Positions 8,293 through 19,511 of a stretch of 64,000 nt of DNA are shown here, piece by piece. Each line of letters begins with the position of its first letter. Within the stretch, counting starts at the first letter, position 1. The stretch is from Planctomycetota bacterium (GTDB taxonomy: Bacteria > Planctomycetota > JAJSAM01). Under the pieces are notes generated by a model. That model made no database searches. It was not told the origin of the DNA and worked only from the letters and a program-made list of their open reading frames with translations. The position numbers and the translations under genes were made by a program. The DNA lies in assembly GCA_024274785.1 (NCBI GenBank), contig JAJSAM010000035.1:85613-149612 (forward strand), read 5' to 3'.

Positions 8293-8896
8293 CTCATCCC
8301 TTGACGCAGATGACCTGGCGAAGCTCGTGCACGCCGGCCTGGTTCCCATCGACCTCGAGGGGATCGTGCTGGTGGCCGACTCCGGAGCCGAGGTCGCGTT
8401 GCCGGTGGAGGCGAGCCCTCTGCAGCCGCGGAGATACCTGGCCATCACGATTCCGCTGCTCGCGAGCGCGGCCCCCGGGCCGCTCTTCAACCGGAGCTAT
8501 GGCATCACGACTCTCGGAACCTGGCGCATCCAGCCGGTGTCCACTCGGGAGCGAAGAACAAGGATCCGGTGCACGAATTCCACCTGAACGAGGTCTGCGC
8601 GGACAACGATACGAGCTGGGAGAATCCCGACATTCCCGGGAGCTACGACGACTGGATCGAAATCCACAACCCCGGCCTGGCCGATGACGCAGCGGATTCT
8701 CGACCTGAACGAACTGCTCGCGCCCGATGTGATCGGTCTGAACGGAGAGCGTGCCCCGTATACCCTGCTCCTGAATGCGGGGGATTTCGACCGCGGGGTC
8801 ACCAACCTCGTGAGCTATGCCCCGGGGGTGACGATCCCCGGCCTGTTCCCGTTCCTGTCCTCCCGTCGGTTGTACATCGAGGCGACCCTGAAGTAG
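8293..8896 (+). pseudogene. Possible degraded lamin-tail-domain (LTD)-like gene remnant; reading frame switches 2->1->2
   Basis: Protein-like segments in three consecutive frame pieces: ...VHEFHLNEVCADNDTSWENPDIPGSYDDWIEIHNPG (frame 1) and RILDLNELLAPDVIGLNGERAPYTLLLNAGDFDRGVTNLVSY (frame 2). They recall the LTD pattern xINEv...eWIELyNPg..vDLsgw. No intact ORF with a plausible start. Confidence 0.25.
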
Positions 8897-9016
8897 AGCC
8901 GGCCGTCTCCCGGAGGTCGTTCGCCGCCGGATGGTGCGCCTGCGCGGCCACGATGGATCGAGCGCGCCTCCTCCGGGATTCGCGGGCACGGTCGGAATCG
9001 CTGGTGATGGAACAAT

Positions 9017-10375
<1,359 letters not shown>

Positions 10376-10387
10376 GGGCGCCCTTCG

Positions 10388-11343
10388 CTATGGACGCCGC
10401 AGCACGCTCACCAGGCACCGCAGGCTTCCGAAACTCCGGTAGGTATCGGTGCAGTCCACCCGGCTGACCTCGAAGCCCATGCTCTGCCAGACTCGTTCAG
10501 CCTGGTCGTTCAACCCCGGGACCGGGCGGTAGACCGGCATGTAGACCACCTTCCGGTCGCCCTCGTGATCGATGACGACGTTGACGAACGTCATCCAGGT
10601 GCGGCCGTCCCGGCCCGGAACCACCTTGATTCTGCGCACCTCGCAGCCCTCTTCGATCGGGCGTTTCGCCACCGCGTCGAAGGGCGCCCGGTCGGTGTCT
10701 TCGCTGCCTTGAACGGGATCCGCGACGGGTTCTCCGACGATGGCGGTGCGGTGGCCGGTCAGCATCATGAACATGCCCGCGTGGTAGGGGGGCGCCTCCT
10801 CGAGGAGCACCGCCTTGCGTCCGAGCAGCCTCTCGAACTCCGCTTCCAGGGCGGCCCTCGTCTCGGGCGTCGTGGCCCCGTTTCGCTTCGCCACCCGGGG
10901 GGTGATGAAGACGGTCTCGCGGTCCGCCACGAAGTCGCCGCCGTCGAATCCAAGCCGGCTCCGGATCTGCGTGACGAACCGCGTGGATTCCGCGAGGTCG
11001 CGGCCGACTCGTCCATCGCCCGCCCGGTTCGGCCAGACCTCGCCGCCGCGAGCTCGTCGAAAGCGTTTCGGTCCGGGCAGATGACGTGGACCGTGCGACC
11101 CGCCGGAAGCTGTCGCAGGAAGTCGCGATAGGCCGGCATGACGAGCGGCGCCGCCGGGGCGGGAAACTGAATGACGTAGTCCCAGACCGCTCCCTCCGCG
11201 GCGGAGAGCAGGGTGGGGACGGCGCCCCCGGTATCAGAGCGAGATGCTCCACCCCACACGCCGGCGGCCCCTCCGCGTTGGAGGAGCCAGAGCGTTGCGG
11301 TGAGTCCGAGGGCGACCCCGATCAGGATCCGCCGATCCCTCAC
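10388..11343 (-). pseudogene. Secreted agmatine-deiminase / Porphyromonas-type peptidylarginine-deiminase family protein, frameshifted
   Basis: N-terminal part with signal peptide (MRDRRILIGVALGLTATLWLL...VIQFPAPAAPLVMPAYRDFLRQLPAGRTVHVICPDRNAFDELAA) is in one frame. The rest (GGEVWPNRAGDGRVGRDLAESTRFVTQIRSRLGFDGGDFVADRETVFITPRV...FGSLRCLVSVL, guanidino-group-modifying-enzyme-like C-terminus with Cys) is in the -1 frame. Switch at a gcggcggcg run near 11040-11060. Confidence 0.5.
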
Positions 11344-11608
11344 TTTTCGGTGACCCGCGTGGTCTTGACCGCTTCATCGGCCGGAACCGCTGCGGCCATG
11401 GCGAAGAAACCGGCGTGCTGGAAGAGCTTGCCGACGGAGATCGTCAGGTTGAAGGTGCTGCCCGCGGTGACGGCGATCCGGTCTCGAGCGGGAGCTTCCG
11501 GGTCTTGCCCGGCTCGACCTCGGAGCGGGCGTGTTCATCTCGGTCGCCGGATCGTTCCGAATGTTCACAAACCTGGACGGCGATCGGCTGCAAGTGCCCG
11601 AAAACGGG

Positions 11609-11625
11609 TTGGCACATGTTGTGCG
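11609..11625 (+). promoter_or_regulatory. Candidate sigma-54 (-24/-12) promoter
   Basis: tTGGCACatgttGTGCg: GG and GC at canonical spacing, one mismatch to TGGCAC-N5-TTGC. 55 bp upstream of small ORF 11680 and about 1.2 kb from the sigma54 activator gene. Confidence 0.3.
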
Positions 11626-11679
11626 AATACCCCTAGCGTTGGCAATGAGTTGGATGAACGCGATGCGAGGGGCCTGATC

Positions 11680-11862
11680 ATGAGCAAGGCGGTTGTTTTC
11701 CTGCTGGCGTCACTGGCGATCCTGATGGTCTATGCCTGTGCCACCGGGAACACGGTCCTCGACCACGACATCCCCCGCGGTGCGGTGGGTAACCTGGCCT
11801 TCCTGGGGTCGCTCGGCCTCCTCCACCGGTCCCGGAGGCTGAGGCACAACCAGGCGATCTGA
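11680..11862 (+). CDS. Small hypothetical membrane/lipoprotein-like protein (60 aa)
   Basis: MSKAVVFLLASLAILMVYACATGNTVLDHD... RBS GAGGGG 7 nt upstream. Confidence 0.3.
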   Translation: MSKAVVFLLASLAILMVYACATGNTVLDHDIPRGAVGNLAFLGSLGLLHRSRRLRHNQAI

Positions 11863-12005
11863 TCAGGCGAGCCGATTGCTCGCGTTTCACATAGAGATGG
11901 CCGCTCCCGCGCAAGCGGGGGCGGCCTTCTTCGCTTGCGGGTCCCGACGCCAGATTCCCATTCCACCGGGTAGGATAGCTGCGTCATCGAGTGAGGAGCA
12001 CGGTC

Positions 12006-12692
12006 ATGAGTCTCATTGCCAATCTGATCATCGACGAGAAGGCCGGGGCGCGGTTCGACGAGGTCGTCGTCCCGAGGCTGGCCGGATTCAGCGAAGGGCC
12101 GGTTTCGGTGGTGCACCTTTCCGATCCGGCGCCGCTCCCCGATCCCTCCGGACACCGTCATGTGGTCTTGTCCGGATCGGAGCTTTCCGCCGCGGCCGGC
12201 GCCCCGCGGGATGCGGAACTGGTTCGTTTCATCCGCCGGGCGGCCTTCTCCGGAGCGGCGATCCTCGGCATTTGCTACGGCCACCAGATGATCGCTCGGG
12301 CGCTCGCTGCGGATACCGCCTGCCGGAAGGCCGAAACGCCGGAGTTCGGCTGGCGCCGGTTGACCCTCCTGCCAAACCCGCTGTTCGACGGCATCGACGA
12401 ATTGGTTTCCGCCCAATTCCATCACGACGAGGTGGTGGACCTCCCCGAGGGGTTCGAGGTGATCGCCAGCACGCCCGGCTGTGCGGTCCAGGGTTTTCAG
12501 GTCAGCGACCGGCCGATCTGGGGGGTCCAGTTTCACCCCGAAGTGACCTTCGACCGCGGGGAGGGGATGTTCGCTCGGAACGTGGCCCGGGACGAACGAG
12601 CGCGGGCGAACTTCGCCAATGAGCTCGAGGACCCGGCGGCCCTCGAGAAGAACGATCTCATCTTCAGGAACTTCTTCGCACCAGCCGGGTGA
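12006..12692 (+). CDS. Class I glutamine amidotransferase-like protein (GATase1)
   Basis: ILGICYGHQMIARAL ... GVQFHPE: catalytic Cys-His signature. RBS GAGGAG upstream of ATG 12006. Confidence 0.75.
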   Translation: MSLIANLIIDEKAGARFDEVVVPRLAGFSEGPVSVVHLSDPAPLPDPSGHRHVVLSGSELSAAAGAPRDAELVRFIRRAAFSGAAILGICYGHQMIARALAADTACRKAETPEFGWRRLTLLPNPLFDGIDELVSAQFHHDEVVDLPEGFEVIASTPGCAVQGFQVSDRPIWGVQFHPEVTFDRGEGMFARNVARDERARANFANELEDPAALEKNDLIFRNFFAPAG

Positions 12693-13585
12693 CTTTCAGC
12701 GCCGACGCTATTTCAAGCCTGGATGGCTTGTCGGTGCACGGGTGGCCGCCTATGATGTCCGCTCGTCGAGAGGGGCTGCCGCAAGCTCGCGCACTACCCG
12801 GGGTGTCTGGAGGGACTGTTGTGAAGAGGCTCTTGCAGGTCGAAGCAGGCGAGATCATCATCAAGGAAGGCGATGTCGGTGAGTCGGCCTACCTGATCGA
12901 GGATGGCGAGGTTGAAGTCAGCCGGACGAAGGACGATCAGGTGGTCGTGCTGGCCACGCTCGGCGAGGGTGAGATCTTCGGTGAGATGAGCATGATCGAT
13001 GATTGCCCCCGGGGCGCGACGATCACCGCGACGACCGCGACGACCTTGTCCGAACTCCATCGCGACGAGTTCCTCGACAACCTGAAGACCGAGCCCGAAT
13101 TCGCCATTCGCTTTCTGCGCACGATCTTCGAGCGGCTTCGCGACGCCAACGTCAAGGTCCTGCAACTCGAGCAGGCCGGCACGGCCACGGCCTCCGCCCC
13201 GGCTGCGGATCGGAAACTCGTGATCACCCTGACCGGCGAGACGCCGGAGGCCCGGGACTCACTTCCTTCGAACCCCTACCGCGTCGAACACCTGCCGCTC
13301 CTGATCGGGCGCAGGACGGACGACCCGCTGGTCAACAATCACTGGAACATCGCCGATGACCGTCCCTGGCAGATCTCCCGCCATCACCTGAAGCTGGTGA
13401 AGGAGGCGGGCCGCGTCTGCGCGGTGGACCGGGGCAGCACTCTCGGCTCGCTGGTGGATGGCAAGGTGATGGGCGGTCGCAGCGGTCCTCCCGGGCCGAT
13501 CGAATGCAAGGAGCCGGAGGGTTTTCTGGTGCTCGGCAACGACTCCTCGCCGTACCGCTACCAGGTGACCATCGAGGAGGTGTAG
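12689..13585 (+). CDS. Cyclic-nucleotide-binding domain plus FHA domain protein
   Basis: cNMP-binding (IIIKEGDVGESAYLIEDGEVEV...GEGEIFGEMSMIDDCPRGATITA). C-terminal FHA (LLIGRRTDDPLVNNHWNIADDRPWQISRHHLKLVKEAGRVCAVDRGSTLGSLVDGKVM). GTG start overlaps GATase stop (GTGA). ATG at 12752 is an alternative start. Confidence 0.8.
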   Translation: MTFSADAISSLDGLSVHGWPPMMSARREGLPQARALPGVSGGTVVKRLLQVEAGEIIIKEGDVGESAYLIEDGEVEVSRTKDDQVVVLATLGEGEIFGEMSMIDDCPRGATITATTATTLSELHRDEFLDNLKTEPEFAIRFLRTIFERLRDANVKVLQLEQAGTATASAPAADRKLVITLTGETPEARDSLPSNPYRVEHLPLLIGRRTDDPLVNNHWNIADDRPWQISRHHLKLVKEAGRVCAVDRGSTLGSLVDGKVMGGRSGPPGPIECKEPEGFLVLGNDSSPYRYQVTIEEV

Positions 13586-13635
13586 GCCGCCCCGCTGGTC
13601 CGGAAGCCGTTCGCCTCTGGTGATCCGCGGCGCCC

Positions 13636-14967
13636 CTACCTCTCCCAGGTGATGTCTCCGGTGGCGTAGCGATCTTTCCGACCATCCGTGCCCTGGTCGT
13701 CTCCCCGGTTCGGGCCGACGCTGAAGATGATGTAACCGCCAGCCTCGGTTCTCCGGAAGCGGTAGTCCCGGCCCGAGAACGGGTCGATCGAGCCGCGTTT
13801 GCTCTCGGTTCCCGGGATGAGGATGGTATCGGGAAACTGTCCCGTGACTTTCTTCGCGTGCTCGAGATCGAGGGCGATCCGGGCGAGGTCCAGGCGGGCC
13901 CGGTGCGCTTCGACGGCCTCGTGCGTCTTCCGCATGTGGACGAGCGAGAACCCGCTCAGGAGGGCGTACCACGGTTTGTCATCGAGATCCCGCTCGAGCG
14001 CTTCCCAGTCGTCCTCCGTCTCGAAGGGAGGCCGGCCGGAGAGGTCGATCATCTCGCTCATCAGGCTCAGGTAGCGGGCCTGGTCCAGGCGGATAAACGG
14101 TGTGGGGGCGAGATGGATCCAGAGCATCTGAAGTCCAGCGCCGGCGGAGGACATCGCTCCGGTGAAGCCCCCCGTATCCCGGTCGTCCGGGAACAACTCG
14201 AACATCGAGTTACCGAAGCACCGTTCCCCGAGCAGGGCCTGGCGGAAAACCCCGCGGATGTCGATGGAGTCCAGCGCGGCGAGGAGCTTCTCGCGCCGCT
14301 CCTGGTCGGGCGCTTCCCGCTCGAGGGCGGCATGGAGGAGGGTCAGCGCCTTCTCTTCACACGCAGTTCGCACCATGGCATGAAGCAGCATGGGGTCGGA
14401 ACTCGCGAACCGGGCCAGCCGGAGCGTGTGGAGCACGTCATCGAAGGCGGCGGGCACCTCGCTGTCCCGGACGGAGAGGCTCCCGCGTGTGGTCAGGAGG
14501 TCGGCGCATCTCAGAAAGTCGGAGGCGCCGAAATCGCTCTCCTGGAGCAGGCCGACCGCGGATGAGTAGTCATGGTCGAACCGGCAACCCGGACGTTGCA
14601 GGGCCGCTTCGATGGCCTCGAGCGCGGGCTGCCCGCGGGTAATCCAGTTCCGTGCGATCTCCGCAGCCTCATCACTGCAACCCCGGGGATCCTCCCGGAG
14701 GCTCTCCATCGAGGTGGATTCTTCATCGGTCTCGTCCACGAGAAGCCCTGAAGCTCTCTGGAGGGGTTCCGCGGCGTTCTGCTCGCCGGGCACCGGCGGC
14801 GGCGCCATCTCGGTCAGGAAAAGCGGTTCACCCTTCTCACGAATTGCTGCGAGTTCGGTCTCGAGCCGCCGGTTCGCCACCCGCCCGATGATGGTGAGCG
14901 AGATGAAGGTGAACGCTCCCAGCGAGAGCAATCCGACGGCAATCCTGATCAGCCACTTTCTAGCCAT
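13636..14967 (-). CDS. Hypothetical membrane-anchored protein (443 aa), last gene of ECF sigma operon
   Basis: N-terminal TM (LIRIAVGLLSLGAFTFISLTIIG). Coding-like composition throughout. 8-bp overlap with the upstream anti-sigma-like gene. Confidence 0.6.
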   Translation of the reverse strand: MARKWLIRIAVGLLSLGAFTFISLTIIGRVANRRLETELAAIREKGEPLFLTEMAPPPVPGEQNAAEPLQRASGLLVDETDEESTSMESLREDPRGCSDEAAEIARNWITRGQPALEAIEAALQRPGCRFDHDYSSAVGLLQESDFGASDFLRCADLLTTRGSLSVRDSEVPAAFDDVLHTLRLARFASSDPMLLHAMVRTACEEKALTLLHAALEREAPDQERREKLLAALDSIDIRGVFRQALLGERCFGNSMFELFPDDRDTGGFTGAMSSAGAGLQMLWIHLAPTPFIRLDQARYLSLMSEMIDLSGRPPFETEDDWEALERDLDDKPWYALLSGFSLVHMRKTHEAVEAHRARLDLARIALDLEHAKKVTGQFPDTILIPGTESKRGSIDPFSGRDYRFRRTEAGGYIIFSVGPNRGDDQGTDGRKDRYATGDITWER

Positions 14968-15343
14968 GGTCTTCTCCCGCCCTGAACCGCGCCATCATGT
15001 ACCGGGCCCATCTCTGGTCGGACTTTCGCCGGGTTTCGAGTCGAAGCCGGGCCTGGAGTTGCTCGGATGCCGGGTAGGGTGACAATTCCCGCATGACCCG
15101 TTCGATCCGCGGATTGGATCCTCTGGCGAGGATGGCCTCCACCCGCCGACGATGACCGAACTCTTCGAACCGGCTCGCGAGGAGCGCGGCGATCAGCAGG
15201 CCGGCCGCCACGGCGAACCGGGCCAGGGGGACTGCCCGAAGCCGATCGTGGACCCTCCCGAGAAGCTCGTCGCGGAGGTCGGACCGCGGGACCGAGGGGA
15301 TCTGGCGGGCCAACCTGTCTTCGAGATCCCTGTATTCACTCAT
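14960..15343 (-). CDS. Putative anti-sigma factor (single-pass membrane protein)
   Basis: 127 aa, one TM (FAVAAGLLIAALLA). Overlaps the ECF sigma gene end by 8 nt. Confidence 0.5.
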   Translation of the reverse strand: MSEYRDLEDRLARQIPSVPRSDLRDELLGRVHDRLRAVPLARFAVAAGLLIAALLASRFEEFGHRRRVEAILARGSNPRIERVMRELSPYPASEQLQARLRLETRRKSDQRWARYMMARFRAGEDHG

Positions 15344-15868
15344 TCGAACCCTCCGCGCCCTGCAACTTCCCCCTGAGATCTTGCAGGGCGTCCCGATACC
15401 GGCTCGCCGCAGTGTTCCGCGAGATGCCGAGCACCTCGCCGATCTCCGAGAACGTGAGCCGCTGCCAGGTCTTGAGCGAGATCACCTCGTGGTGTTCCGG
15501 AGAGAGCCGGGCAACGGCCCGGCGGAGCGCCTCGCCGTCCTCCGTCTCCTGGTCCGGTGGCGCCGCGAGCAGCAGCGGATCCACCGCGGCCGATTCCGGC
15601 AGGCCGGTCTTCCCGTGTTGCCGCCTCGTCTCGTTTCGAGCCAGGGTGAACAGCCAGGCGCGCAGGTTGTCGATGCTCCGGAGCTTCCGTCGATACCGGA
15701 CCACCCGCAGCATCACCGTCTGCAGGAGGTTCTCCGCGGCGTCGGCCCGCCTGGTCCGGGAGAGCAGGTAGGCGTACAACCGCCCGCCGTACTCGTCGTA
15801 GAGTTCGGCAAAGGCCTGCTCCTCGCCCTTCGCCAGCCGGGCCGCCAGTTTCGCGCCCACCGCACTCA
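15336..15868 (-). CDS. ECF (sigma-70 family group 4) RNA polymerase sigma factor
   Basis: Region 2 (LLQTVMLRVVRYRRKL...LRAWLFTLARN). Region 4 (LSPEHHEVISLKTWQRLTFSEIGEVLGISRNTAASRYRDALQDLR). Start taken at MSAVGAK (ATG rc 15866-15868). The longer track ORF upstream looks non-coding. Confidence 0.8.
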
Positions 15869-16212
15869 TGCCGGTGTCTCGTCGATCACAGCGCGGTTGA
15901 GGGGAAGCCACGCTTGGAGGGCCGGGCGCCGTCCGGAGCAGACCCAACGCCGCATCAGCTCCGGGAGTTCCGCCTGTGCCTGGCAATCGTTCACCTTTCC
16001 TGGCGCCGGAGAGCATCGGTCGCCCCGGCCCCGGGTCGAGTGCCGCGGAGAATCTGCAAACGCCGCGAGGATCCCGGAGGTCAGTGGCAAAAAGGTCGAT
16101 GGCACAGCCGAGTAGATTCCGGCACCGCCATGGATTTGTCTCGAAATCTCGATAAATCGGAAGTGGCTCATCGCCGGCCGTCCTAAGCTCTTCACCTCTG
16201 AAGGGAGAAACC

Positions 16213-17886
<1,674 letters not shown>

Positions 17887-18163
17887 TTCACCCGGCCCGA
17901 ACGCCGTCCATTCAATCTGTGGTTTCGAAAGTGAATGGGGGGCGCCGCTCCGTCGGCACCGCGGTTGCGCATCTGCGCCGACGTCAGCCGGCAGGCCTTA
18001 TCCTACGCGTAGAGGTTGCCCTTGCCACAGTCGTGGGTGAATTCCACCCACTGCGGGTTCACCACCTTGTCGAAGGCGTAGTCGAAGCCGGCAGAGATGC
18101 TCGAGCCGGAGTTCTCGTGGTCGATTCTTGTCCGGGCACCAGGGCTGTCGGTGCTCCTTTATG

Positions 18164-18961
18164 CTACGGGAGATGAATCTGTTTTGGCGGCCAGGCGGGT
18201 GAGGGGCTTCGGGACTGGATCGGCTCGCCGGCCCGGCCGCGCCTCGCCAGCAGGAACGCCAGCGGCAGCGGGAGGAGCGACAGCAGCAGCATCGGGATCG
18301 CCACCGTCGCCAGCTTCAGGTCCAGGTGCGCGGCCACCCGCAGGAGGTCGTTGACCATCCCGAAGGAGCCGCCCCTCGCATAGGCCTGCCTTCCGGCCTC
18401 GGTGAAGACCAGACTGCCGAAGAGGATCATGCACCGGCCCATCAGGAGCCAGGCCCAGGCGGAGTAGAAGGGGCGTTCCCCCTCCTTCTGCACGAACCCG
18501 CCGGTCAGCGCCCGCCAGAAGAAGATCGTGGCGAAGACCAGCTCGGCCAGGTGTCCGGCGAGAAGGTGGAAGACCTCCTTCGCGTCGGTGAACGCGAGAG
18601 CCGGGTAGAGGAGCAGCATGGGGCTCAGGACGCTGAGCACCAGTCTGTTCGTGCGGAAGCGCCAGGCCGCCGCGCCGATGCCCGCAAAGGCGAGCAGGCA
18701 GAGGAAGAAGACCTGGTCCTGGTGGAACGCCGCAGCGTGGCCGGAGAGCTTGATGGCCGGGTAGGCCGGGCAGCCGAGGAACCAGGCGGCGACGGTGTGG
18801 CCGAGCTCGTGGACGAGGGCCGAGAGGAACCGACCCATGAATCCGATCGGCCCCCACGAGAGGATGAGGGCAATGGGGAGGCCGACGGCGAGGAAGATCC
18901 AGGCACGGGGAATGCCGTGGAACTCCGCCTCTGCGGATGATGAGTGGGCCGTGAATCGCAC
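18164..18961 (-). CDS. M50-like (HExxH) integral membrane metalloprotease family protein
   Basis: Multiple TM segments and LVHELGHTVAAWFLG motif. Start uncertain (internal M at MGRFLS possible). Confidence 0.5.
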   Translation of the reverse strand: MRFTAHSSSAEAEFHGIPRAWIFLAVGLPIALILSWGPIGFMGRFLSALVHELGHTVAAWFLGCPAYPAIKLSGHAAAFHQDQVFFLCLLAFAGIGAAAWRFRTNRLVLSVLSPMLLLYPALAFTDAKEVFHLLAGHLAELVFATIFFWRALTGGFVQKEGERPFYSAWAWLLMGRCMILFGSLVFTEAGRQAYARGGSFGMVNDLLRVAAHLDLKLATVAIPMLLLSLLPLPLAFLLARRGRAGEPIQSRSPSPAWPPKQIHLP

Positions 18962-19256
18962 GGTCTTCTATCGGCAAGTCGGCCGGGGAGAAGTGAGTGC
19001 TCTTCGCTCATCCGGCAGGAGTTCGCGCAGTGCCGTGCTCGCCACCGCCGCGACCCGCCCCGCTCCGGCGGCCACATCGCTCCCGAGAATCGGAGTCGCC
19101 GGGAAGCTGCCGAGTGGCTCGATGCTCCTGACCTCGAGGCCAAGATCGATCTTCCGCTCGCTCGTCGTGCTCTCACGAACCAGCACATCCCGCCCGGCCA
19201 CATCTTTCCACCCCGCGAAACTTGCGGGGCTCCCCGGCATGCTGTCTGCTTCCGCC

Positions 19257-19511
19257 ATGAGCTGTCAATTCACCATCGACGTGGACGGAGATCCCGCGGA
19301 CCTGATCGCGAAGGCGCGGGAGGCCCTCGCCGGCATCGGGGGAAAGATGATCGGGGACGACCAGGCGGGGGAGGTCGAGGCGGATTCGCCTTTCGGCCGC
19401 ATCGAGGGAAGCTACTCGGTTTCCGGCCAGGCGGTCAGCTTTGTCATCACGAAGAAGCCGATGCTCGTTTCCTGCTCGATGATCGAGTCACAGCTCCGCC
19501 AGCTCGTCTGA
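19257..19511 (+). CDS. Small hypothetical protein (84 aa)
   Basis: MSCQFTIDVDGDPADLIAKAREALAGIGGKMIGDDQAGEVEADSPFGRIEGSYSVSGQAVSFVITKKPMLVSCSMIESQLRQLV: globular-looking. 3' end overlaps the convergent TPR gene by 24 nt. Confidence 0.4.
   Translation: MSCQFTIDVDGDPADLIAKAREALAGIGGKMIGDDQAGEVEADSPFGRIEGSYSVSGQAVSFVITKKPMLVSCSMIESQLRQLV

Noticed and set aside
18968-19258. 96-aa minus-strand ORF sharing a CATG start with the 19257 + strand small ORF
   Set aside because: Divergent genes overlapping by 2 nt at their start codons is implausible. The + strand ORF has the more globular product. Retained only as a possibility.
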